DNA of 64,000 nucleotides, from positions 32,001 through 96,000 of the forward strand of contig CAXXMR010000015.1 of assembly GCA_963663805.2 (NCBI GenBank). The letters run 5' to 3'. Origin of the DNA: Sedimentisphaerales bacterium. GTDB lineage: Bacteria > Planctomycetota > Phycisphaerae > Sedimentisphaerales > SM23-30. Both the position numbers and the translations under genes were made by a program. The first letter of the stretch is position 1; every line of letters starts with the position of its first letter. Positions 21,190 through 31,683 of this stretch are shown one piece after another. The notes below the pieces were generated by a model. That model ran no database searches, was not told where the DNA came from, and worked only from the letters and a program-made list of their open reading frames with translations.

Positions 21190-21292
21190 GCCCGGAGTAC
21201 CGCCCTGAAAAGTAACGTATTTTCAGAAATAACCGGACCGGGCTGATAATAATAAATATGTGCGATCCTGGCACGAAAGACCGCACATATTT
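21190..21292 (-). terminator. Two intergenic stem-loops (terminator or mRNA-stabilising)
   Basis: AAATATGTGCG(21254)..CGCACATATTT(21292), and nested GCCCGG/CTGAAAA..TTTTCAG/CCGGGC (21190-21243). Confidence 0.6.
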
Positions 21293-21322
21293 TCGTGATT
21301 TATTTAACTGAATCCGGACACA

Positions 21323-22708
21323 TCAGTCACAGGCAGGAGCAGTACAAATCATCCATTCCAGGGCAAAGGACGAGAAATCCAAAAGATTAACAATACAGTC
21401 CTGATTTGCATCATAATCCGGGTATGGATGGCAAATATCACCGCAGGCTTTTACATCATTGTAAATAGCGGTCACGGTTTGATTGCCACTGATAGTAACC
21501 GTGGTTGATGCTGACGTTGGCTCATCAATCCCGGTGCCGTCCCAACTGGCAAATTCATAAACTGCCGGGCAGGCAACATGGTCAGCCAAAGCCTCAATAG
21601 ATATTACTTCTCCAGTAACCACTTCATAATCTCCTGCTGCTGGGGTTGTGGTCGCCAAACCCGCCGGGGAGGTCTCAATTGTCAGCGTCACACACTGACT
21701 CGCCGACAATGCATAATTAGCCACGACCGTCTGATTCTGATCCATTACGATTGTAGTTTCAAAAGAGGCCGGAGCAGCGACATTGCCCGTCCAGTTCGAA
21801 AATTCATATATGTCCGGACATGAATTATAAGGCAAAGCTAAAAGATCGACTTCTTCACCCGCGAGGAATTCATATGTATCCGCGGCAGGAGTAATCGAGT
21901 CTATAAACGCATAGTTTGCCGAGATGTCCAAAGTATATATCGTTGGGCTCGTGTACTGGGTGGTTATATCGTATTTCTCGCTAAGATAATAACCGACAGC
22001 GTTTTCTTCATCCGCTGTCAAAGCCCTGTCATATATTATAATCTCAGCAAATTTGCCATAGTTCGTACCGTAGGGAATCTCAAGGTATCCATTGCCAAAC
22101 GTTATGACACTGCCCTGAGCAGCCGTACTGGCAGTCGCGGAATTGACCGGGTCGTTATTAAGTTTCATCTCGATATAGCCATTGCTGTATGTCTGAGTTA
22201 CTTTGTCCCAGTCCGCGTCCAGCTTATACATTCTCACTGCTGGTACATTCATTTGAATCGGCGGCGTTGCCGTTACCGCAGGATCGCCTACTACGAAAGT
22301 ATGACCTCGACCATACAGTCTTGAGCCGCCGCCACCATTTGTAAATCCGACATATCTGGTATCCACAACGGTAAAAATTGTAAATCTTTTGCCGTCAAGC
22401 ATATCGACCAGGCCCTCCGAACGCATCTCGGCAGTTGTCGTCAAAAGGTCTACACACGGTAAATTATTAAAAATCGAATTTGCCTCATAATAAACCGTAT
22501 CAACTGTGGTAACCAAATCATTTGCTCCGCCAACAACCTTGTTAGGCCAGGTGGTCATTACATTGCAGGGGTCGACATAAGTGGGAACATCGATATCACT
22601 CGCGTCAAACCAGGCAATCAAATCGCTCGCAGGTATGCCGTCAACCAATTCAGCGTGTATAACGTTATGTGCCGCTAGCACCAATATCAATACTAATAAT
22701 TTCTTCAT
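21323..22708 (-). CDS. Secreted non-catalytic LamG-like protein with two InlB-B-like repeats and a dockerin-like tail
   Basis: Start MKKLLVLIL at 22708 after AGGAG. LIAWFDASD..AEIIIYDRAL; two CP..YEF..W repeats; tail CGDICHPYPDYDANQDCIVNLLDF. Confidence 0.8.
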   Translation of the reverse strand: MKKLLVLILVLAAHNVIHAELVDGIPASDLIAWFDASDIDVPTYVDPCNVMTTWPNKVVGGANDLVTTVDTVYYEANSIFNNLPCVDLLTTTAEMRSEGLVDMLDGKRFTIFTVVDTRYVGFTNGGGGSRLYGRGHTFVVGDPAVTATPPIQMNVPAVRMYKLDADWDKVTQTYSNGYIEMKLNNDPVNSATASTAAQGSVITFGNGYLEIPYGTNYGKFAEIIIYDRALTADEENAVGYYLSEKYDITTQYTSPTIYTLDISANYAFIDSITPAADTYEFLAGEEVDLLALPYNSCPDIYEFSNWTGNVAAPASFETTIVMDQNQTVVANYALSASQCVTLTIETSPAGLATTTPAAGDYEVVTGEVISIEALADHVACPAVYEFASWDGTGIDEPTSASTTVTISGNQTVTAIYNDVKACGDICHPYPDYDANQDCIVNLLDFSSFALEWMICTAPACD

Positions 22709-22757
22709 TTTATATTCTCCTATGTTAAATTTTTGTAAAAATAAATTGTTAATTATA

Positions 22758-24152
22758 TCAGTCACATTCCGGCTTGGAACATTCCAGCCATTTCGTGACA
22801 AATGCGGCTAAATCGACTAAGTCAACATCACAATCCAGGTCAATATCCCAGTCTGGATATGGATGGCACTGGTCGCCGCACACGCGGACATCATTAAATG
22901 TCGCGGTAACAGTCTCGCTATTATTCAAAGTTATACTTGTCGAGGGCGCCGCAGGTGTATCGACATTACTGCTCCAGCTTACAAAATCAAACACCTCCGG
23001 GCAATTGACATAATTGGCAATAGCTTCCAGGGAAACAGTTTCGCCCGCCGGATATTGATGTGTACCTTCAGATGGAGTAACCGCGTCCACACCGGTGGGT
23101 GACACCTCAAGCGTGAGGGTTACGCACTGCCGGGTGGACAATTCATAATTTGCCGTTACTGTCTGGTCGTCATCCATAATCACAAATGTCTGGGCCGAAG
23201 CCAGCTCGTTGGCATCACCGGTCCAGTCGCTAAACTCATAGACATCCGGACAGGACAGATAATATTCAGCATTTAAGGGCACCGTCTGGCCGTCCAGAAA
23301 CTGATATGTCCCCGATGCGGGCTCTACGGTATCAACGAAAGAAGGATCAACCGCAACGTTTAACGTGCGTACCGGACCGGGCTCCGTAAAACCATCTTCG
23401 TCGAGAGCGTTCGTGATACTGTATTTTTGGGCCAGATAATAACCTACGGCATTTATTTCAATCGGGTCCAACTCTCTGTTGTAGACAATGATTTCGGCCG
23501 TAAAGCCCGCATGCATACACCCGGTACGCAAACCATACAGGCCTCCGTAATTAAAATCAGAATCCGGCAGCGAACTTAAATCTTCTGTGTCTTTCAAGGT
23601 GCCGTCCATCCAGCCCTGGGCCTCTTTGTTGGGCACATCAATTGTATATGTCCGAATCGCGCTGGTGGTTTGCACCGGCGGATAACCAAGAGTACAGTAG
23701 AGTTGTGTACCAGTCCCCAGAGTTAGCTTGTGTCCCTGAAAATACAAACGAGGTGAATTCGCATTCCAAACTCCATGAAAATTCGCCTGGGAAACGAAGA
23801 ATATTGTTAATGATCGGCCTGACAAATAGTCGCTCACAAGATTCTGGCTAATAAGGTAATCGTCGTAGCGAGGATTTACAAAAGAGATGCACGGCATATT
23901 ACCAAATATCGCAGAAGAGGCGACATAGGTAGGAGCAAAACTATCCTCGGTATCCCAGTCAACCAGATCATTAACGTCCGCAATGCCTGCCTTTTGGGGC
24001 CACAACGTAACTGGGTCACCATCAGACAAGCCAGTTAGGTCGGAAGCGTCAAACCAGGCCACCAAACCATCTGCCGGCAACCCGCTAACTAACTCTGCCT
24101 GAGCAATCCCCACGGCTCCAATAAAAATTAAGACTACAAATAACTTCCTCAT
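22758..24152 (-). CDS. Secreted non-catalytic LamG-like protein with two InlB-B-like repeats and a dockerin-like tail (paralog of 21323)
   Basis: Start MRKLFVVLIF at 24152. LVAWFDASD..AEIIVYNREL; tail CGDQCHPYPDWDIDLDCDVDLVDL. Confidence 0.8.
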   Translation of the reverse strand: MRKLFVVLIFIGAVGIAQAELVSGLPADGLVAWFDASDLTGLSDGDPVTLWPQKAGIADVNDLVDWDTEDSFAPTYVASSAIFGNMPCISFVNPRYDDYLISQNLVSDYLSGRSLTIFFVSQANFHGVWNANSPRLYFQGHKLTLGTGTQLYCTLGYPPVQTTSAIRTYTIDVPNKEAQGWMDGTLKDTEDLSSLPDSDFNYGGLYGLRTGCMHAGFTAEIIVYNRELDPIEINAVGYYLAQKYSITNALDEDGFTEPGPVRTLNVAVDPSFVDTVEPASGTYQFLDGQTVPLNAEYYLSCPDVYEFSDWTGDANELASAQTFVIMDDDQTVTANYELSTRQCVTLTLEVSPTGVDAVTPSEGTHQYPAGETVSLEAIANYVNCPEVFDFVSWSSNVDTPAAPSTSITLNNSETVTATFNDVRVCGDQCHPYPDWDIDLDCDVDLVDLAAFVTKWLECSKPECD

Positions 24153-24309
24153 CTTTTTTCCCTTTCCAAAACCAGGTTTTATTGAAAACTTAAACACAAC
24201 TAGTGTTTTATCTATATAGGACTTTATGTAACTGGTCTTAACAAAAAACCTATATAGCTATTATAAATGTCATGATTAACGTATCCAGCCGTCACAATTA
24301 ACCTTTTTG

Positions 24310-25338
24310 TCATCTTTGGACCCTGCCGGAAGCATCTCCCTCCATAAGCCTGTAAACCTCATCCACTGTAGCAAGATTGAAGTCTCCCAGAATAGCCTGC
24401 TTCAAGCATGATGCCGCGGTAGCGAACTCAACTGTTTTTTTCGAGTCAAACCCACTGAGAATTGAGTATATCAAGGCGCCGGCAAAACTGTCACCACCGC
24501 CAACTCTGTCAAGGATGTGAATGGTATATTTTCTGCTGAAATTATGATTAACACCGTCATAAAGCAAAGCCGACCAGCCATTATCCGAAGCGGAAATACT
24601 TTCACGCAAAGTAATCGCTACCTGTTCAAAATTAAAGGTCTTATACAGCTTTTCCGCAACCTCTTTATATTTTTCTCCGTTGATATGCCCGCTGGTTACA
24701 TCTGTATTCTGCGCTCTGATACCAAAAACTTTCTCGGCATCCTCCTCGTTACCAATAAGGACATCCACATATTCCATCAGCTCAGTCATTATCGAACAAG
24801 CCCTCTGCGGCGTCCAAAGTTTTTGCCGGTAATTCAAATCGCAGCTTATCTTTAAACCATATTCTCTAGCCTTTACGCAGGCCTGCTTGACAATCTCCGA
24901 AAGATTGTCTGAAAGTGCCGGAGCGGTCCCGGAAAAATGAAACCATGCCTTGCCCTTGAAAATTCCATTCCAGTCAAAATCGTCCGCTTTCAATTCCGTG
25001 AGGGGGCTGTTTTCTCTGTCGTAAATCACTTTTGAAGGGCGCTGCGAAAAACCTGTTTCAACGTACAATATACCCAGTCTCTTGCCCGTCCTTTTAATGT
25101 ATTGAGTATCGACACCGTATTGTTTTAAATAATTGATACACGCCTGACCAAGTTCGTGTACCGGAACAGCTGAGACTACATAGCTTTCCAGTCCGAAGTT
25201 AGCTACCGAAACAGCCGCATTGGCCTCAGCGCCGGTATAACGAACATTAAATCCCCGGGCTTGAATAAATCGTTCATAATTATTGGTGTTGAGCCTTATC
25301 ATCAGCTCGCCAAAAAATACTGCTTTTTTTGATTTCAT
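24310..25338 (-). CDS. kdgK: 2-keto-3-deoxygluconate kinase (PfkB family)
   Basis: FGELMIRL, GAEANAA, SKVIYDR, DLNYRQKLW, DRVGGGDSF, GDASGRVQR. Confidence 0.92.
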   Translation of the reverse strand: MKSKKAVFFGELMIRLNTNNYERFIQARGFNVRYTGAEANAAVSVANFGLESYVVSAVPVHELGQACINYLKQYGVDTQYIKRTGKRLGILYVETGFSQRPSKVIYDRENSPLTELKADDFDWNGIFKGKAWFHFSGTAPALSDNLSEIVKQACVKAREYGLKISCDLNYRQKLWTPQRACSIMTELMEYVDVLIGNEEDAEKVFGIRAQNTDVTSGHINGEKYKEVAEKLYKTFNFEQVAITLRESISASDNGWSALLYDGVNHNFSRKYTIHILDRVGGGDSFAGALIYSILSGFDSKKTVEFATAASCLKQAILGDFNLATVDEVYRLMEGDASGRVQR

Positions 25339-25362
25339 ACTTCTACTATAGCCTTAATATGT

Positions 25363-26037
25363 TTATCTGGTTGTGCTGCTGGCAACAAGTTTCCTGAATT
25401 TTCGCGCATTTTCCGTGATTTGCTTATACTGTTTTTTCGCGATTAGCTCCTTGCTTACCAAAGCCGCTCCCACGCCCACCGCACAGGCCCCGGCATTGAT
25501 AAACTCTCCGGCATTATTTAAATCAACGCCGCCTGTGGGCATAATTTTGATATCCGGAAACGGCCCCTTGATATCCTTAAAAAACCTCGAACCGCCCACC
25601 CCGGCAGGAAAGACTTTTACTACATCAGCGCCACTGCTCCAGGCATTATATATTTCCGTAGGTGTCATACAACCCGGCATAACAGCAACCTCAGCGTCAT
25701 TACAGGTACCCACGATTTCCTGGTTAAGAATGGGCGAAACAATATAGCTCGCCCCCGCCGAAATAGCGTCAGAAGCTTCTAGGCCCGCCAGAACCGTGCC
25801 CGCACCAATATGAATACTGCTGCCCAACTTCTCTACTGTTTCTTCAATAGCTTTCAGGGCATTGGGGACAGTCATGGTTATTTCAACAAATTTCACCCCG
25901 CCTTCAAGCAGTGCCTTTGAAACATTAACCAAATCGCCCGGCTGATCAACCCTTATGACGGCTATTATTTTGCTCGCAAACAAACTATCCAATATTTCTT
26001 GTTTGCCAATTGATTCAATTGTTACTGAATTGCTCAT
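25363..26037 (-). CDS. eda: KHG/KDPG aldolase
   Basis: IIAVIR, VEITMTVP, GAGTV, PGCMTPTE, VKVFPA, MPTGGV. Confidence 0.93.
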   Translation of the reverse strand: MSNSVTIESIGKQEILDSLFASKIIAVIRVDQPGDLVNVSKALLEGGVKFVEITMTVPNALKAIEETVEKLGSSIHIGAGTVLAGLEASDAISAGASYIVSPILNQEIVGTCNDAEVAVMPGCMTPTEIYNAWSSGADVVKVFPAGVGGSRFFKDIKGPFPDIKIMPTGGVDLNNAGEFINAGACAVGVGAALVSKELIAKKQYKQITENARKFRKLVASSTTR

Positions 26038-26055
26038 TACTACCTCTACAAATTA

Positions 26056-27783
26056 CTACTTGGTACCAATATCAATATACGAAACCACAGTCTCGACCGA
26101 GGGTCTTATATTGATTACATTAACCCCGCTTTTTAAAAATTTCGCAGGCAAATCCCACGCTCTTAGATTTTTACTATTGCCCAGAGCGTCTGGATTTGCC
26201 ACCGGATAGAACTCTGAGATATTATCTGTTGCCTGTAACAGATTGTCGTTAAATTTAACTTCAAATTGTACGCAATCCACATCGATTCCTGTTTGTATTC
26301 TCAATCTTGCCTTGTTTTTCCAACCGCCCAAAGGTTCAGCCATATCCAGTTGTATTTCCCGATCCGCGTTAGCAGCATATTGTCCCGTTACGCAATTGCC
26401 CATAAAATCCCTAGATGAAACAAAGTAATGTTGTGGTTGCCGAGAAATCCATTCTTTGTCTTGCAAATTGCGAAATACATGAAAAGGAGGCTCGCAGGCA
26501 GTACCGATTATCTTTTCCCCAAATCTTCTGTAATATGGAAAATTAAAAGAACTTATCCCTTGGGCACCTCTTTCATAAGCAAGGTGAGCTAGAGTATATA
26601 TCTGTTCATCGGTTGTATGCCTGTAGAGAGTAAATTGCTGAATTTGCTTACCCTCGACATTGTTGATATGCGAAAGCCGTGTACGGCCGGTCAAATATGT
26701 AAACTCCAGAAACACCGGAGTTCCCGGAATTATTTTGCATATTTTGCCAACATCATTCTGCTGTTCGGTAACATACCCGCAGGAAAGATTAACCATATCA
26801 ACACCAGCCTTGACAAACTCCGGCAGATTAACACCTATCATATTATATTCCGCAGTCCTGAATGGAACACGAACACTAAGCCAGCGCCTCTGCCCCGGCC
26901 TGGCACCATCATCTAAAGACTTTCGAACTCTTGCCACAAAATCAAACATGATTTCCTCACGCTGACCCTGCGTAGTTTCAGCGGCCCTAAAAAACGGATC
27001 ATGTCTCATAAAATCAAGTTCTAAACCATCAATATCATAATTGGTGCATATCTCATCAATAAGTGAAAAAACGTGGTCCCTGACCTCCGGCACCGCCCAA
27101 TTCATAGAGCGAGCGCGACGCAATTTACCCCGGTAAGATACATCACTCAAAAAGGCCAGCCTGCCTTCCGGCGGAACCTTAGGCTCCGGCCCAATCCACC
27201 ATTTTTGATTCTCCAGAAAAAACTTGCTTACGCAGGATTCCAATCCCGGCAAACCAGGACCGGGGTCAAAGCCATCAAACTCTGAGCTACCGTTCATTAT
27301 CTCCAGGGCAATATCCGCCTGTTCCTTATAATGACGGTCATTGAGCCGGTAAGAAATAAACGGAGCTATGCCCAGTTTTCGGCAGCGATTAACAAAAGTC
27401 TCTACCATATCCCCACCCCCAATCATATACTTATCAATTCCCATCGGATTGGGTGCAAAACCGGTTTGGTTATAAAACCATTTATAATGCTCATCAGCGG
27501 GGTAAATCTTACTCTTCCACCAGGGAACCCAGGTGAAACAAGGTTGAAGCATATGTACATCAACGCCCCCGACCGCAGAGCCGTAAAAGGTTTCATCGAC
27601 GCTCGCTTCGATCATCGCGTCATTTATCGGTTCTCCATCTTTGTGATAAGGGCTTACACACGCCGCTATATGTGAGACATCATTTATATACAATGTCTTA
27701 AAGTCGGGCTTAACCTCTGATGCCGCACAAACCGCTGACAACAGGGCCCATGCCAAAATGTATATGTATGCACTTTTTTCCAT
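26056..27783 (-). CDS. Secreted GH156-like TIM-barrel glycoside hydrolase (paralog 3)
   Basis: TLYINDVSH, PFISYRLNDRH, YDIDGLELDFMRH, RGAQGISSFNFPYYR, EPPFHVF. Confidence 0.75.
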   Translation of the reverse strand: MEKSAYIYILAWALLSAVCAASEVKPDFKTLYINDVSHIAACVSPYHKDGEPINDAMIEASVDETFYGSAVGGVDVHMLQPCFTWVPWWKSKIYPADEHYKWFYNQTGFAPNPMGIDKYMIGGGDMVETFVNRCRKLGIAPFISYRLNDRHYKEQADIALEIMNGSSEFDGFDPGPGLPGLESCVSKFFLENQKWWIGPEPKVPPEGRLAFLSDVSYRGKLRRARSMNWAVPEVRDHVFSLIDEICTNYDIDGLELDFMRHDPFFRAAETTQGQREEIMFDFVARVRKSLDDGARPGQRRWLSVRVPFRTAEYNMIGVNLPEFVKAGVDMVNLSCGYVTEQQNDVGKICKIIPGTPVFLEFTYLTGRTRLSHINNVEGKQIQQFTLYRHTTDEQIYTLAHLAYERGAQGISSFNFPYYRRFGEKIIGTACEPPFHVFRNLQDKEWISRQPQHYFVSSRDFMGNCVTGQYAANADREIQLDMAEPLGGWKNKARLRIQTGIDVDCVQFEVKFNDNLLQATDNISEFYPVANPDALGNSKNLRAWDLPAKFLKSGVNVINIRPSVETVVSYIDIGTK

Positions 27784-27847
27784 AAGGATTAAATCTTCCC
27801 ATCAGGTTTCAGTAATTCGACAACAAATCTTACCTCAAAATCACATC

Positions 27848-28723
27848 TTAATTACTCGTGCCGTAATTGGGATTACCGGTGGGGTTGGGCCAGTAAGTCC
27901 CTTGCCCCGGGTCGCCGCCGGTGAGTTGGAACATCGGACGCATATCCTCAAACGGAACCCACCTCGAACTGCCGTCCACAAAGCTGGCACACATGCCCTC
28001 GGGATTTTTAATCACATCCGGAACCGCGTCGCTGGCGGGATGAGGAAACGCAGCCCACTTATCACCATAGCCGGAGCCGGTATGTCTAATCCGGTCGCCG
28101 GCAAGCGGAGTCCAGCCCTTGGCGATGCTGAATTTCCGCGGCGGGCGGTAACCCTCAAATTTTTCTTCTGTCGGAGGCTGAGCCGCAACTTGAGCTCCCC
28201 AGGTTATATAACCACTACCATAGTTTTTGTCGATTTCGTCAGCATTATAACTGAGAAAAAAACTATAATCCCCAAATACCCGTTCCACCCCGTACATGCT
28301 TATGGATTTGTCCTTTTGCTCATCCCAGGGCAAAAACATCAAATCGTCAGCCGTATGTTTAACCCCGGGGCAAATCATCGCTTTACTATCGCCGATATAG
28401 GGACCAAAAAAATTATCAATCAAATCATACCTATACACCCCCACAGATATTTGCTGGCAATACTCGTAGGGCCAACCCCATGTTCCGGCTTTAGTTTCCG
28501 TATCAAAACGATAGGGAAAATCATCGTTATTGCTCAGAGCATAGTTATTCGTAGCAATGGCCCATTGGCGACATCGCGTAAGACATACCAGCCGCTTGGC
28601 CTGCTCCCGCGCACCCGACAAAGCTGGCAGAAGAATCGAGACCAGCAAAGCAATAATAGCCACAACCACCAAAAGCTCGACCAGGGTAAAACCGCGGAAT
28701 GATTTAGTTTTATTTAAAAACAC
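27848..28723 (-). CDS. Prepilin-type N-terminal cleavage/methylation protein (DUF1559-like PVC pseudopilin)
   Basis: [39 protein letters not shown]-terminal H...SFVDGS. Confidence 0.9.
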   Translation of the reverse strand: MFLNKTKSFRGFTLVELLVVVAIIALLVSILLPALSGAREQAKRLVCLTRCRQWAIATNNYALSNNDDFPYRFDTETKAGTWGWPYEYCQQISVGVYRYDLIDNFFGPYIGDSKAMICPGVKHTADDLMFLPWDEQKDKSISMYGVERVFGDYSFFLSYNADEIDKNYGSGYITWGAQVAAQPPTEEKFEGYRPPRKFSIAKGWTPLAGDRIRHTGSGYGDKWAAFPHPASDAVPDVIKNPEGMCASFVDGSSRWVPFEDMRPMFQLTGGDPGQGTYWPNPTGNPNYGTSN

Positions 28724-29144
28724 TTTTCAGACCTTTCCTAAAGAAATATTAAACCAATAAACACCTTTGCCAATATCATTGAAGCACAAACAGTACTTTC
28801 TTTTCAAGGGCAAAAAGTCATATTTAACACCCATATCAAAATACACGTCATGGCACATCATGGAAGGCATATCTTTTTAAGGCCAAACAACAGGACGCCA
28901 GTCATTAGAATCTAAAATAATTATATAAAAAACACAAATAAACACCGTTAATCGACAAATAATGCGCCTTATCTAAAAATAATCCCCATTGCTTCCGTGT
29001 GATATCCGGAAGTAATAGATTACGTAACAGTACTTGTGTTGAAAGGCATATTTTTATTTTTTAACTTGAAAGCGATAACCAAATACGAGTTAATCAAGTC
29101 ACAGTATTAGGCCATCTCTAACAAGTAAACTTGAGGAATCGCTA

Positions 29145-30686
29145 ATGGATAACAAACTCATACACCGCCGAACTTTTCTGAAAAATGCCGCGCTGGGACT
29201 GTTTGCTTTCTCTGCAAGTGGCTGTCTCGAAAAAAACAACCCAATACCCCAGGCGAAGAAACCGAACATTTTGTTCATAATGTCCGACGATCACGCTTTC
29301 AATGCCGTCAGTTGCTATAAAGGCATTCTGTCTGAAACATTCAAAACGCCAAATATCGATAGAATCGCCCGGGAAGGCATAAGACTCGATAACTGTTTTG
29401 TGACAAATAGTATTTGCACGCCCAGCAGAGCTGTAGTGCTGACCGGAAAATACAGCCATTTAAATAAAACAGAAATCAACTATATTCGCTTTGACGGATC
29501 GCAGCAAACCGCACCAAAACTGTTGCAAAAACACGGATATCAGACGGCAATGATAGGGAAATGGCACCTGAGAGGACAACCGACAGGTTTTGACTATTGG
29601 AACATCCTCCCCGGACAGGGTAATTACATCAATCCTGATTTTATGGAAATGAACTATGAACAAAAAAAATATAAAGGCTATGTAACAGACATAATTACCG
29701 ATTTGACCATTAACTGGATAGAAAGCAGAAATGATACCAGACCTTTCTTCCTGATGTGTCATCACAAAGCACCCCATGAATCATGGAAACTTGACCCCAA
29801 AAGTCAAAATATTTACGATGATACGATTTTTCCGGAGCCAGAAACATTTAACGATAATTACCAAAACAGGTATTTCGCAGAAAAATGGACTTCGACTATA
29901 TATCCCTTCATGACCGAAAGAATGAGAAAATGGACACCAAAATCAAGGCAGCTGAATGTTGATGGACTCGACCGGCAACAAGCCAAAGAAAAAACATATC
30001 AGCATTACATGAGAAACTATTTAGGTTGCATTAAATCGCTTGATGATAATATTGGCAGGCTGCTTGATTATCTGGAGAATAAAGGCATTCTGGATGATAC
30101 CCTGGTAATTTATACTTCAGATAATGGTATGTTTCTGGGCGAACATGGCTGGTATGACAAGAGGCTGATGAATGAAGAATCATTAAAAATCCCCTGTGTC
30201 GCTCGATACCCCCAAGATATCACCCCGTCGACAACCTCAAGCGATATCACCTTAAACCTGGATTTCGCGGAAACTTTTCTCGATTATGCCGGAGTGCCCA
30301 TACCTTCTGATATGCAGGGAAATAGCTTAAAACCGGTTTTTATGGGAAAGCCCCCGCAAAGCTGGCGAAAATCAATGCTTTACGCATATTACGAAAGCCG
30401 AGAACAATACATAGAAGAATGCCGGCAGTACGGAATCAGGACTCATCAGTATAAGCTAATCTGCTATCCAAACGGCAGGGAGCTTTTCGACATCAAAAAC
30501 GACCCAAATGAACTGGTTAACTTATATCGTAAGCCACAATATCTATCAATTAGGAATAAACTGGAAATTGAGTTAAAGCAGTTACTAAAAAAGTATAAAT
30601 TTACAGAAAAAGACCTACCCTTTAATTGGTATAAATATAATCAGGATAAAATTGAACAGTCAATGGATAAAAAAGCTTATAGATGA
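29145..30686 (+). CDS. Tat-exported formylglycine-dependent (S1) sulfatase
   Basis: RRTFLK, PNILFIMSDDH, CTPSRA..LTG, IGKWHL, YTSDNG..GEHGWYDKR. Confidence 0.95.
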   Translation: MDNKLIHRRTFLKNAALGLFAFSASGCLEKNNPIPQAKKPNILFIMSDDHAFNAVSCYKGILSETFKTPNIDRIAREGIRLDNCFVTNSICTPSRAVVLTGKYSHLNKTEINYIRFDGSQQTAPKLLQKHGYQTAMIGKWHLRGQPTGFDYWNILPGQGNYINPDFMEMNYEQKKYKGYVTDIITDLTINWIESRNDTRPFFLMCHHKAPHESWKLDPKSQNIYDDTIFPEPETFNDNYQNRYFAEKWTSTIYPFMTERMRKWTPKSRQLNVDGLDRQQAKEKTYQHYMRNYLGCIKSLDDNIGRLLDYLENKGILDDTLVIYTSDNGMFLGEHGWYDKRLMNEESLKIPCVARYPQDITPSTTSSDITLNLDFAETFLDYAGVPIPSDMQGNSLKPVFMGKPPQSWRKSMLYAYYESREQYIEECRQYGIRTHQYKLICYPNGRELFDIKNDPNELVNLYRKPQYLSIRNKLEIELKQLLKKYKFTEKDLPFNWYKYNQDKIEQSMDKKAYR

Positions 30687-30745
30687 GGTTTTTGCCCTGT
30701 CGTCGGGAAAATTCGTGTATATGTCACTGTTTGATGGAGATATTT

Positions 30746-31663
30746 ATGTCTTTGAACTATTTAAGCGGGAAATATCATTTACTTTGTGCTTTAGCGTTTT
30801 GTTTATCAGGTTGGACGTTCGCTACCGAGCCATTGCCCAATGGAGTGATAATGTACAAGGATATCGAGTTTGCGCAACTTGGTGACGTGTCACTGAAGCT
30901 GGATTTGTATTGTCTTGAAGACAGACCCAAAGAACCTTTGCCGTTAATTGTCTGGATACACGGTGGTGGTTTTCGCACCGGCGACAAAGAACCTTGTCCA
31001 GCAGTTGATTTCATCCGGCATGGATTTGTCATTGCCAGTATAAATTATCGTTTAAGCGATATGGCCAGTTTCCCGGCTCAAGTTCATGATTGCAAGGCCG
31101 CGATTCGGTTTCTACGCGGTAATGCTGATAAATATGGCGTTGATCCTGCCAGAATTGGCGTTTGGGGGAGCTCAGCAGGTGGACATTTGGCATCTCTGTT
31201 GGGCACAACCAGCAAAGTGAAGGCATTGGTCGGGGTTGTAGGATCATTTAACGACGAATCTTCAGATGTTCAAGCGGCTTGCGTCTCGTGCGGTCCAACC
31301 GATTTTAGTAAAAGAAGCTATACGCAAAAACGGCTAAAGCATATAGAAAAGTATCTTGGCGGCGATCTAAAAACGAACACTTACACTGTCATACTGGCAA
31401 ACCCGGCCTCTTGGGTAACTCCTGTTTGTCCTCCTTTTCTGATAATCCATGGCATTGAAGATGAAATTGTTGAATACAGTCAAAGCCTTATTCTTTATGA
31501 TAAATTGAAAAAGTGTATGGTTGATGCCGAGCTTGTTTCCTTAGAAGATACCGGCCATGTAATAAGTGAAAGCAAAGATATAGCCCAAGTAAAAAACAAA
31601 GTTGTGGATTTTTTTAAACATAATCTGACACCCCGTAACAATCCCAATCCTAAACAGGATTAA
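30746..31663 (+). CDS. Alpha/beta-hydrolase carbohydrate esterase (HGGG / BD-FAE-like)
   Basis: WIHGGG, GSSAGG, HGIEDEIV, GH. Start MSLNY at 30746 after GGAG; the ORF track start is 30683. Confidence 0.9.
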   Translation: MSLNYLSGKYHLLCALAFCLSGWTFATEPLPNGVIMYKDIEFAQLGDVSLKLDLYCLEDRPKEPLPLIVWIHGGGFRTGDKEPCPAVDFIRHGFVIASINYRLSDMASFPAQVHDCKAAIRFLRGNADKYGVDPARIGVWGSSAGGHLASLLGTTSKVKALVGVVGSFNDESSDVQAACVSCGPTDFSKRSYTQKRLKHIEKYLGGDLKTNTYTVILANPASWVTPVCPPFLIIHGIEDEIVEYSQSLILYDKLKKCMVDAELVSLEDTGHVISESKDIAQVKNKVVDFFKHNLTPRNNPNPKQD

Positions 31664-31683
31664 ACAATAGAGGATTCAAATAA

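Noticed and set aside
27758..28702. 314-aa plus-strand ORF
   Set aside because: Antisense shadow of the well-supported prepilin gene.
28860..29060. AAGGCATAT direct repeat and an imperfect dyad in the divergent promoter region
   Set aside because: Too short and too AT-rich to call a binding site without comparative data.
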